Source: Octopus sinensis (lineage: Eukaryota). From it: 64,000 bases of DNA. Positions 14,437 to 26,055 of this stretch are shown here, in pieces. Where the stretch lies: the NCBI RefSeq assembly GCF_006345805.1, contig NW_021830452.1:884-64883 (forward strand), given 5' to 3'. The notes below the pieces were generated by a model. It had not been told where the DNA came from. It did no database searches and saw nothing but the letters and a program-made list of their open reading frames with translations. The first letter of the stretch is position 1. Every line of letters begins with the position of its first letter. Position numbers and translations under genes: made by a program.

Positions 14437-14470
14437 CCACGCCCTACGCCACGTGACTCTGGTGACGTCA
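14437..14470. promoter_or_regulatory. Candidate TF-site cluster (KLF/Sp box, E-box, palindromic CRE)
   Basis: CCACGCCC (14437-44), GCCACGTGAC (14448-57) and TGACGTCA (14463-70) within 34 bp of non-repeat DNA. Confidence 0.3.
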
Positions 14471-14860
14471 ACAGCTTGAGAAGGCAAAATCTTCGTCATT
14501 TATTTCTTTGTTTCATGTTGAATGTGTAAAGTATGACACCTTTCAATGTTTGTTGATCTCGCCTTTGGCAGTGCTAATTGTCTTCCAAATAGTTTTGTTT
14601 AGTTTGATCGCTTTCATTTAGCCTTTCCGCAGTTTCAGTCATTGAGCTGCGGCCAAGCAGGAGCACTGCTGTTGAAGGTTTAAGTTGATTTTTGATGACT
14701 CCTGTACTCTGCTTTGTATTGCATTTATCTTCTAATCGAGAGAAAAAAGTTTCCCATACAAACGGATGCAACAAGACGGAACCAGATAACGTTTTCTTTT
14801 TCTTTTTTTTTTTTGCTGTAGTTTCAGCTCATAGCTGCGGCCATGCTGATGCACCACCGT

Positions 14861-15020
14861 TTGCGAGAAAGCTAGCGGGGACGCCGCCATGAGCGGCGTG
14901 GTGGGGACCCTCTTCTTCCCCGCGAGTCACACCGACGCGGCCGTAGCCGCTGCTGCAATAATTTTTGCTCAAAGAACCGATTCTGCTATCTCAAACAAGT
15001 ACATACATCATACCGGCATT
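14861..15020 (+). other. GC-rich island 1 replacing part of a SINE-B 3' module; short ORF 14889-15065
   Basis: About 70% GC over 14864-14950; GCCGCCATG; 58-codon ORF MSGVVGTLFFPASHTDAAVAAAAIIF..; several hairpins. Function unknown. Confidence 0.55.
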
Positions 15021-15035
15021 ATACATACATACATA

Positions 15036-15222
15036 GGAACAAACAAGGGCAGACAAACGGATTAAGTCGATTACATCGACCCCAGTGCGCAACTGGTACT
15101 TAATTTATCGACCCCGAAAGGATGTAAAGCGAAGTCGACCTCGGCGGAATTTGAACTCAGAACGTAGACAGACGAAAGCATTTCGCTCGGCGTGCTAAAT
15201 TTTCAGTCAGCTCGCCGCCTTA
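15036..15222 (-). mobile_element. SINE family A
   Basis: Reverse-complement match; divergent to the array starting at 15318. Confidence 0.9.
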
Positions 15223-15317
15223 GAGGATGTAAAAATAATATTATTATGATCCTTGCTAACAACACATACTTAACAGCAAGTGATGTTTATTGTTGCAATT
15301 AGATGTAATATGTTAAA

Positions 15318-16447
15318 GTGGCGAGCTGGCAGAAACGTTTGCACGCCGGGCGAAATGCGCAGCCGTATTTCGTCTGCCGTTACTTTCTGAGTTCAAATTC
15401 CGCCGAGGTCGACTTTGCCTTTCATCCTTTCGGGGTCGATAAATAAAGTACCAGTAAGGCACTGGGGTCGATGTAATCGACTTAATCCGTTTGTCTGTCC
15501 TTGTTTGTCCTCTCTGTGTGTAGTCCCTTGCGGTAGTAAAGAAATACGTATTTCGTCTGCCATTACGTTCTGAGTTCAAATTCCGCCGAGGTCGACTTTG
15601 CCTTTCATCCTTTCGGGGTCGATAAATAAAGTACCAGTAAGGCACTGGGGTCGATGTAATCGACTTAATCCGTTTGTCTGTCCTTGTTTGTCCTCTCTGT
15701 GTGTAGTCCCTTGCGGTAGTAAAGAAATACGTATTTCGTCTGCCATTACGTTCTGAGTTCAAATTCCACCGAGGTCGACTTTGCCTTTCATCCTTTCGGG
15801 GTCGATAAATAAAGTACCAGTAAGGCACTGGGGTCGATGTAATCGACTTAATCCGTTTGTCTGTCCTTGTTTGTCCTCTCTGTGTGTAGTCCCTTGCGGT
15901 AGTAAAGAAATACGTATTTCGTCTGCCGTTACTTTCTGAGTTCAAATTCCGCCGAGGTCGACTTTGCCTTTCATCCTTTCGGGGTCGATAAATAAAGTAC
16001 CAGTAAGGCACTGGGGTCGATGTAATCGACTTAATCCGTTTGTCTGTCCTTGTTTGTCCTCTCTGTGTGTAGTCCCTTGCGGTAGTAAAGAAATACGTAT
16101 TTCGTCTGCCATTACGTTCTGAGTTCAAATTCCACCGAGGTCGACTTTGCCTTTCATCCTTTCGGGGTCGATAAATAAAGTACCAGTAAGGCACTGGGGT
16201 CGATGTAATCGACTTAATCCGTTTGTCTGTCCTTGTTTGTCCTCTCTGTGTGTAGTCCCTTGCGGTAGTAAAGAAATACGTATTTCGTCTGCCATTACGT
16301 TCTGAGTTCAAATTCCGCCGAGGTCGACTTTGCCTTTCATCCTTTCGGGATCGACAAATTACGTAGCAGTTGCATACTGGGGTCGATTTAATTGATTGGC
16401 CCTCTCCCCCCAAATTTCGGTCCTTGTGCCTAGAATAGAAAAGAATT
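15318..16447 (+). repeat. Tandem array of SINE-A bodies: one head, five 183-bp units, terminal unit with tail type 2
   Basis: Units start (GTATTTCG) at 15365, 15548, 15731, 15914, 16097 and 16280. Confidence 0.97.
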
Positions 16448-16477
16448 AGGAGTTATATGTTTGAGTTAATGCATATA

Positions 16478-16690
16478 GGTGAGCTGGCAGAATGGTTAGC
16501 ACGCCGAGCAAAATGCTTGGCGGCATTTCGTTCGTCTTTATGTGCTGAGTTCTAATTCCACCGAGGTCGACATTGCGCTTCATTCTATCGGATGTCGATA
16601 AATTAAATATCAGTTGAACACTAGGGTCGATGTGATCGTCTACTCCCCTACCTCGAAATTACTGGCCTAGTGCCAAAATTTGAAGCCATT
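16478..16690 (+). mobile_element. SINE family A, diverged (tail 2)
   Basis: Homology to other copies. Confidence 0.8.
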
Positions 16691-16779
16691 ATTCTTTTAT
16701 TTGTTTCAGTCATTTGACAGCGTCCATGCTAGAGCACCGCCTTTTAGTCGAACATGCCATTAAGTCAGCTCCTCTCGAT

Positions 16780-16910
16780 AGCTATACTAATGATGCAAAA
16801 GTATCACGAGTGGTCAAGGACAACCTTAAAACTGCGAAAACACCTGAATACAATATACAAGTGAGCTGAATGAAAGAGCCTGAAGAGTTCCCAGCACTTT
16901 ACTATCGATC
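16780..16910 (+). mobile_element. Small CR1/L2-like RT remnant
   Basis: YTNDAKVSR..LNTIYK*AE..EEFPALYY resembles YADDTK..L..IYxWA..KFxxLxY. Confidence 0.45.
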
Positions 16911-17228
16911 CACAAGCAGAATACAATATATGTGTGTGTAAGTTTGTGTGTGTGTGGGTGCGTGTGTATGTGTGCGTGTGTGCATACATGTATGTATGTA
17001 ACATCGAGATCATCATTATCATTTTTACATTCGCTTTTCATAGTGGCATGGTTGGACCGGTGACCGCAGTCTGAGTCATCGCCCGGTAGGAGCTTATTGC
17101 CAACCATTTTACAAAGTTTACCGGTTGCGTTTTGTGGTACCAGCATTACCAAGATTGTGTGTGTATGTGTGTACGTGTACGCGCGTGCGTGTGTGTATGA
17201 GTGTGTGTACATAAGTATGTGTGTGTGT

Positions 17229-17395
17229 ATGAGCAACAATAGCGTAGGTGAAGAGGGGGCGGGGGAGCAGTCCATCTTGTACGACGCTTTTAAGGAGGCG
17301 GCACATCTGGGTTTGCTGCATAAGTCTGTGTAGAGTGTTAGGGGCCCCGCTGTGGAGGAAAGATAAAGGGCTACCCCGGGCGGCACATACTCCAT
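17229..17395. other. GC-rich island 2
   Basis: Purine/G-rich ~165 nt between a (GT)n run and a SINE-B-like remnant; internal GGCGGCACAT direct repeat; 34-codon ATG ORF. Confidence 0.5.
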
Positions 17396-18274
17396 TCTAA
17401 AGAGCTAGACAAGTACTGTGTTCGATGTAATCGAATGAAATCCTTCAATCAAGATTGCTGGTGATGTACTTATATTAAATACAAAAATTTGAATTAAATA
17501 GAAAAAAATGACTGTTCCCTGAATAACATAGGCGAATCAACCATTCAGTCCCCTATTTTCGAGTAATAAAAATGAAACACCTGCAAGGATTTGATCTTAG
17601 AGACTATCGGTTAATAATCCATTAGTTGTTCAGCTGGTCATTTCACCACCATACTACATACGTGACTTTACAGGTAGATAGATTGGTGAATATATTATAG
17701 GTGGATATGTTGAAAAGATAGGTAGAAAGAAAGATAGGTTGATATATTGATAGTTGAGTTGTCAATAGTTTTCTCTCTCGCTGTTAAAATTAAAAAGAAA
17801 AAAAAAAACCCAGCCATGATGCGTTCGTAACTGTACAACAGAGATTTTAATACGTTTTCAGAAATTCAGTGCAGTAAAAGTGAGGTTTTAATATACTAGT
17901 AATTGGTTTTAATATTAGTTTATCTAACTGTTTTCTACCTGGGTATATTTTTAGCTCTTAGCTTGGTTATGGAAATAATAGCGTTGTAATAGCGCCATTT
18001 TCCACTGTTGTGCATTTTCTCAGTTTCACATACAGATATGTACATGAAGATGAATATTGATTTATCTCTTGAGGATGTGGATGTATATACATATGTACAC
18101 AAATACACACACACACACACACACACACATTCACTCACATGCACTCATTCACTCACACACATATACATACATACATGCATACATACATACATACACACAC
18201 ATATATGTATACATAGTGAAAGAGAGGGAGAGAGGGAAAGAGAAAGAGAGAGAGAGAGAAAAAGAGACACAGAA

Positions 18275-18305
<31 letters not shown>

Positions 18306-18603
18306 AAGAAAGAGAGAGAGAGTGAGAGAGAGAGAGACTATTTTTCATAATTTAGTTTTAAACTATTATATTTCTGATATCTCCAGACGAGAACTTAATA
18401 GAAAGAAGGAAAGAAAAAAGGAAGGAAGAAAAGGAGGAAGGAAGGAAGGAATAAAGGAAGGAAGGAAGGAAGGAAGGGGAAGAAAAAAACATGCATATTT
18501 TCGTCTGGAAACACTTATGAAGCGATCATTGGCACTTCCGCTTCAAGAAATCCATGGATAACATTGATAAGAGCTAACTAAACGACCTCTGAACAATCTG
18601 AAA

Positions 18604-18670
<67 letters not shown>

Positions 18671-18688
18671 GCTGCTGTGCTGCTGCTG

Positions 18689-18757
<69 letters not shown>

Positions 18758-18762
18758 TTGCT
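18604..18762. repeat. (TAC)n/(TGC)n compound trinucleotide repeat
   Basis: Seen directly. Confidence 0.95.
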
Positions 18763-19320
18763 GCACCCAACATACCTGTATCTCTTGAACTTTTATTTCT
18801 TGTACTAACACATACATACGCAATAAAGGGGAGAAAATGTGGTAAATAAACAAGCAATATATACTGTGTGTACAACCAGACGGGAAACAAACGCAGAAGG
18901 TCCCCTGATTCTTCATCAGTTATCAACCAATTGGTAACACTCAGTTTTGCACCACATACATACAGGTCGGTAGGTAGATGTATGTGGGTATAATATGTAC
19001 TCTTTTACTCTTATGGTTGTTTCGTTCATTGGACTGCGACCATCATGGAGCATTGAAGGATATCGTAGACCCCTGTACATCATTTAAGTCTGGTACATAG
19101 ACCTCGCTTTACTAAATTGTAAGATTACTGGGGCCGTTTATAAACCAAGCGAGCTAAGCACAAGTACACACATACACTCACACACACACACACTTGCACA
19201 CGCTCTTATTCAGTCTTACACGTACACACACGCACATAGACTCACTTTCTCAATCTCTCTGTTTCTCTCTCTCTCGCACACGCACACTCACTCACACACA
19301 CACACACCACACACACACAC

Positions 19321-19361
<41 letters not shown>

Positions 19362-20190
19362 ACACACACACACACGCACACACACTTATACACACACATA
19401 TTTCTTGCAAGTGAAATGACCTCTGTGACTTCCCCGCCGAGAACTCTGAACATTGAAAACTCTTAGTTATGAACCCCAGCGGACTTGAAACCAGAAAATT
19501 GTCTCGACTTTTGTGTTGTTGGAGACAGTTACTGCTGCTGCAGCTGCTGCTGCTGCCATTAATGCTGCTGCTAACGCTGCTGCTGCTGCTGCTGTTTTAC
19601 TCCCAGGTGAGTTCTGATTCATCAGATGCTTAAAGACACTTGAACCGTAATCATCTCTTTACAGAATTATGTCTAAGTACATTAAGATGCCTTGTTCATT
19701 CCTCCCAAAACGGGATATGGTCCAAGGGAAATTTGGCTGCTACTTTTAACAAGTCAACCGACCGCATAAAAGCCGGCACTCGTTCACATTTATCTTGATG
19801 ATGATAACAGCATATGTCGTTGTAGTGGTGTCTACATGTTGTAGTAGTGGTGGTAGTTGTAAATGCAACACTGAAATTTAACGCTTGGTTACTTTCAAAT
19901 GTCCGCTTTCATTTTCTCTTTTTTTTTTATGTATCTTCCCTTGCGGTGAGGGCGGAAGCATCTATTTATCTTTTTTCTTTTATTTTTCTGTTTGAAGCCT
20001 ACCTCTGAGCCATACCCCGAATAGCCCAGATATTTGTCGCTTATAGCGCATATCTTGGTATCCTTAACATCCGCTATGAGACTGCATTCCGGAAATATTC
20101 ACAGATCAGCAAACGCGCATCGTTTGTCTTAATGACAACACAATCATGTTCTCGGCATCTTTCTGTGCATTATTTAAATATATATATATG

Positions 20191-20287
<97 letters not shown>

Positions 20288-20390
20288 CACACATACTCAA
20301 CTAAATTACTTAAATTACTTTCTCTGCTTTTTCTCTTTCACGCACACATTTACATGCTCACTCACACACATACACACATACACATACATA

Positions 20391-20831
<441 letters not shown>

Positions 20832-21380
20832 AGGTAGTGAGAGAGGTGGGGGAGAAGAAGAAATAAAATTATGGTGCTTTAAACTTATATCGTCCGCATG
20901 AAACATGTTCCAGAACAGATAAGACTCCAAGCCAATGATAAATACTGAAATTATCTTCAAAATAAGAAAAAGGTGAGTTGATTCCTCTGCACATGCAAAA
21001 AAATATGCATTAATAAAAAACGTTACAAAGAAACAAAATCGCGAGGGGTTAGAGTTAAGGCTTAAGGATTAAAGTTAGGGGTTTAAGATTAGAGTTTAAG
21101 GATTAAAGCAGTGTTTCTCAAACATTGTTTAGCTATGGAGCCCTTTCATTCTTATTTTATTCTGCTGGATCTCATTAATCATGGGATGTTTAAAAAAAAG
21201 TCCCATTATATTTTCATGATTAAATATTCTTTTACTTGTTTCAGTCATTTGACTGCAGCCATGTTGGGGCACCGCCTTTAGTCTAACAAATCGACTCCAG
21301 GACTTTTTGCTGAACCGCTAGATTACGGGGACGTAAACATACCAGCAACGGTTTTCAAGCGATGGTGTGGGGGACTTTTT

Positions 21381-21611
21381 GGCGGCGAGCTAGCAGAAGC
21401 GTTAGCACACCGGGCGAAATGCTTTGCGGTACTTCGTCTGCTGTTACGTTGTGAGTTCAAATTCCGCCGAGGTCGACTTTGCCTTTCATCCTTTCGGGGT
21501 CGATAAATTAAGTACCAGTTACGCACTGGGGTCGATGTAATCGACATAATACCTATGTCTGTCCTTGTTTGTCCCCTCTATTTTTAGCCCCTTGTGGGTA
21601 ATAAAGAAATA
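21381..21611 (+). mobile_element. SINE family A inserted into a SINE-B tail, 12-bp TSD
   Basis: GGTGTGGGGGAC at 21364-21375 and 21612-21623. Confidence 0.9.
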
Positions 21612-21881
21612 GGTGTGGGGGACAGGCACAGACACATATATATATATATATATTGCGTCTGTCTCTACGATCTGAGTTCAAATTCTGTTGGAGCCGACTT
21701 TGCCTTTCATCCGTTTCAGGGAGCGATAAAATAATTACCAGTTGAGTGCTGGCAGGCAGGCAAACACAACAGACAGACCGGCATTTAGATAGGTCAATAA
21801 ATTAAGTACCAGTGAAATACTGAGGTCGATGTAATTGACTAGTCCCCTCCCCACCAAATTGTGAAAAGAATTATTATTATC

Positions 21882-22220
<339 letters not shown>

Positions 22221-22799
22221 AATTACAGTTTAGTATTCCCCATTCTCAGGATTTTGTTTCCTCATAACCGTTTTTTTTTTTAATAATGCATATTTTTGTA
22301 CGCGTTAAGGAATCTTCCAAACTATTTTCCATTTTGAACATTGCTCTGGAGTTGAAATCCCGACTTGCACTAAATTCCATTTCCAGAATAAATATCTAAA
22401 TTGAAAAGAAGCGAAAATAGGAAGTGTGACTTACACGATAAGCAATAAATTGCGTTCCTGGGAGTTCTTTAACATTAAGTATGACATATAATATATATTA
22501 TCCAGCCATCGACTTGTATGCTAATGGTCAGAAAAATCAATCGGTAACATAACTGTTAATGCAAGTACAGGAAAAACGATCTCGCATAAATGCGTGTGGC
22601 TTAGATTCATGTTGGTAAAAAACTCTGCTGTCTGTCGTTAGAACACAGTTATCTATAGCTGTTTGTTCCATAAGTAATCCTATGTGTGTGCGTGTCTGTG
22701 TGTGCGCGCGTCTGTGTGTGTACACGCGCGTGTGAATATGTATATGTATATATGTATATATATACATGCATACATATGTGTCTATATATATATAGTTAA

Positions 22800-23030
22800 T
22801 CCAAACATGAAGAAAGAGAAAACACAACAACGCGAGGACGTGGAAGAAGCATAGTGTTATTGGACGCTCAGGAAAGGAAAGACAGAAGGAGGATTCAACG
22901 TTTCGAGCGGAGCTCTTCGTCAGAAACATAGAAAAAGGAAAGGTCGAAGGAAGGGAAGACGGAGAAAGAAAATCGCCAACGATACACACGCGGTCACATA
23001 TTGAAAGACAAGTCATAGATAATGGTCATC
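22800..23030 (-). mobile_element. Penelope-type LTR remnant with a hammerhead-like motif (22891-22930)
   Basis: Minus strand GTTT-CTGACGA-A-GAGC-TCC-GCTC-GAAA-CGTT-GAAT; shares TTTCCTGAGCG with the PLE tail near 59415. Confidence 0.6.
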
Positions 23031-23492
23031 ACATATTTTTCGTTATTGTAGTAAATTTGACTTACAGCTGTTTCCAGTAGTCATTATAGGTTTACTCAAT
23101 CGGCCCCTTGGTCGTTTGAGAAAAACTGAACGATCTAGAAATGTAATGCTGCTTTCGTCAGTCATTTCTGGTTATAACAAAATCGAACACCGAAGGAATG
23201 GTACGGACATGAGGATGAGGACGAAGAGAAAGAATAAGAATAAGTGTAATTGAATAAGATGATTAATTGAAAGAGAGATAAAGAAGAAAGGGGGAAAGTA
23301 GTCAAGGTTTGGAAAGGAAGGACTAAAATGAAGAGAAAGAAAGGAAGAGAGGAAGGAAAAGAGAATAGAAATGGGAAGGTTTTCAACAGAGAAGGGGTCA
23401 GGGGATGACTGAAACTGAGGATGGGATATTCATAAAAACATTAGTGCTTGTAACTGCGTCATCACACACGAAAACATTTACACTGTCTACAG

Positions 23493-23878
23493 CAAGGGTT
23501 CTCAGCCATTTTTTTTTTATCTATGGACCCCTTTGATTATTATTTTATTCTGGTGAACCCCCATAGCCATTCGATGTTTAAAAACTAGCTTTTATAGAAA
23601 ATTCGTTCAAAATTCCTATTTTGTTTTTCATACGTTAACTTATGTAGCGTTGAACAATGTAAAATGTTAGAGAAAGAACCCTAGCAGTTTCTTGCAACAC
23701 CTACCAATACATACAGCTAAAGCAAAATTTTTTCAGGGGCCCTTAAAATACTATTTGTAAACAATTTACTATTTTGTTGCGTGAACCGCCAAAAATCTTA
23801 AACCTGTACTTAGTTTCCTTATATGTCTGGTCTATATGGTAATTACTAAAGTCCGTAGACCCTGGTTGAGAACCCTTG
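23493..23878 (+). mobile_element. hAT (Charlie-like) MITE
   Basis: TIRs CAAGGGTTCTCAGCC / GGTTGAGAACCCTTG; 8-bp flanks GTCTACAG / ATCTACAA; inverted homologue at 30933-31671; partial copy near 21108. Confidence 0.85.
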
Positions 23879-24522
23879 ATCTACAAGTTAAATACTATCC
23901 AAATATTGTGTTTAAATTTTATATTAGGCCACTAACTCACATGGTCGACTTAAGTCGTTAATATTTGGTCATTTGTCTACCCAAATTGTCACTTACTGAA
24001 TCATTTTCACCAGTTTGATTGTTACAGTATGGTCCATTAGTTTTGTAGTATCCATTAGGTTTTGTACAATACTCTTATATAGTGACGGAAACTATTCGAA
24101 AATTGAATGAAAAATCAACAGAAATTATATTATGATGAAAAGGTTGGATACTGAATTGAGATAAAGGGAGAAATGTGAAATTAAAGCCAAAATAAAGTGA
24201 AATCAAATAAAATTATTTTCAAATCCAAATAAAACTGAAGGCCAAATATAATTTTAAATTAAATTAAATTAAAAAGAATAAAAACATTAAAACATTAAGG
24301 ATTAAAATTAAAATTAAAGAATTAACAAATTAAAATTTAAGCAAATCAAAAAATTACAAAAATTTAAAGTTTAAACATTTTTTAAATATAAAAATATATA
24401 AAAATAAAACCTAATAGTAATAAGGTAAATAAAAAAATAAATAAATAATGATAACTTTAAAAAAAAAATTAAATACAAAAATTTGGATAAATTTAAAGAA
24501 CATTTTAAAATTTTGTATATAT

Positions 24523-24912
24523 GTGATGGCCGTCCAATCGTGACCGAGGAAAACCATTACTGACTTTTAGGAATATTTTGCGATCAAGACTGCCTTATAG
24601 CTTACAGTAGCGGCTCCGTTGGTGACTAACGAACCCTGCTCTTGACAAACATACACGACTGTAAATATTGCCGACCAAGCTCTCCCCTTTCATTACACTA
24701 GCAGTGTGATTTCGAGCAGCACGATTAAATTCTTCATGAAGAATACATGCTCTTTCAAAGGCATCGACTCCCTCCTTAACTTGTTTCCTCCATCCGTAGC
24801 AATGGCAAGCATTGCTCTCCCAGTCATCCTCCCGCATTTCACAGACCTTTAATGAGGACTTTACACAGTCTTAAATCGCAATCTTGGCTTCAGGCAGGGT
24901 CGCTTTCCACTA
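24523..24912 (-). mobile_element. RTE-clade LINE 3' fragment
   Basis: SGKRPCLKPRLRFK..EDDWES..WRKQVKEGVDAFE..RVCLSRAGFVSHQRS, the RTE C-terminal pattern with one decayed Zn finger. Confidence 0.8.
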
Positions 24913-24938
24913 ATAATGCTTATAAATTCCACCTAAGG

Positions 24939-24970
<32 letters not shown>

Positions 24971-24971
24971 G

Positions 24972-25188
24972 TAAGGCGGTAACTGGTACAATCGTTAACT
25001 CGCCAAGCAAAATGCTTAAAGGTATTTCACCTACCGCTACGTTCTGAGTTTAAATTCCGCTTGTGTTGACTTTGCGCTTCATATTTTCGGGGTCGATAAA
25101 TTAAGTACCAGTGAAATTCTGGGATCGATGCAATCGTCTAGTCCCCTTTCCCCCCAAAACATCAGGCATTGTGCCTATAATAGAAAGA

Positions 25189-25190
<2 letters not shown>
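24972..25190 (+). mobile_element. SINE family A (tail 2), diverged
   Basis: Homology to other copies. Confidence 0.8.
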
Positions 25191-25230
<40 letters not shown>

Positions 25231-25255
25231 GTTATTATTATTATTACTTTTATAA

Positions 25256-25320
<65 letters not shown>

Positions 25321-25323
<3 letters not shown>

Positions 25324-25997
25324 TAGTTTTATTTTTATAGCGTGCTTTCACTTCACTACCGAGCGCAGCTCTGTGTGCCTTGGGTATGTGCTGTGATTTG
25401 TTGTGATGCTCTGATGGTTATTGTATGGAAAGGGTTCTGCGTAGGATGTGTGCAGTGCCTAGTAGTGCAATTTTCTGTATGTTATATGTGTTTGTAAGTC
25501 CTGGTGTTTTTGTTATGTATTTGTCTGAATATTTTTTTATCATGCCTAATGCACCTACTATGATAGGAATTGTTTCTGTTTTCAGATTCCACATTCTAGT
25601 TACCTCTATTTCCAGGTCTTTGTATTTTGAGAGTTTCTCCATTTCTTTTAGAGACACGTTGTCATCTGCCGGTATTGATACATCAATTAGAAAGCATTTT
25701 TTTCTTCATGATCTCTGACAACTATATCTGGTCTGTTGGCCTTAATTTCTCTATCTGTGTGTATCGGCATATCCCAGAGTATGGTTGCTTTCTCGTTTTC
25801 TGTGACCTTTTCTGGTGTGTGCCTATACCATCTTTTTTCTGTTGTTATTCCATAATGTTGGCATAGCTTCCAATGTATGTAGGTTCCAACTCTGTCATGT
25901 CTGTGAATATATTCCTTCTTAGCCAGGACTGGGCAGCTAGAGATAATATGATTTATTGTTTCTTGTCCATCTCCACATATTCTGCAGTTACTTGTAA
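25321..25997 (-). mobile_element. 5'-truncated R4/Dong-type RLE LINE inside (AAT)n
   Basis: CRICGDGQETINHIISSC (CCHC), RHDRVG, RPDIV..IDVSIP..EKLSKYKDL (PD-D/ExK); stop at 25418-20; one frameshift in an A run near 25700; ~100-bp 3' UTR; TAA repeats on both sides. Confidence 0.92.
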
Positions 25998-26020
25998 TAA
26001 TATTTATTATTATTATTATT

Positions 26021-26055
<35 letters not shown>

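Noticed and set aside
15365-16279. CRISPR-like regular array
   Set aside because: No unique spacers; units are SINE bodies; eukaryotic context with no cas genes.
15313-16413. 366-aa repetitive ORF on the minus strand
   Set aside because: Antisense reading of the SINE array; 183 bp = 61 codons keeps the frame open.
17040-17150. Nested hairpin ATGGTTGG..CCAACCAT and a possible 42-nt exon
   Set aside because: The flanks resemble a common octopus SINE-type repeat as I recall it (not database-checked), which natively contains GGTTGG/CCAACC; the peptide is unrecognisable.
18666-19600. PolyQ/polyA coding exons
   Set aside because: Pure trinucleotide repeats without convincing splice sites or flanking coding sequence.
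19990-20170. Possible fourth foreign island (also ~44080-44190)
   Set aside because: GC is only mildly raised and no interrupted repeat proves a replacement.
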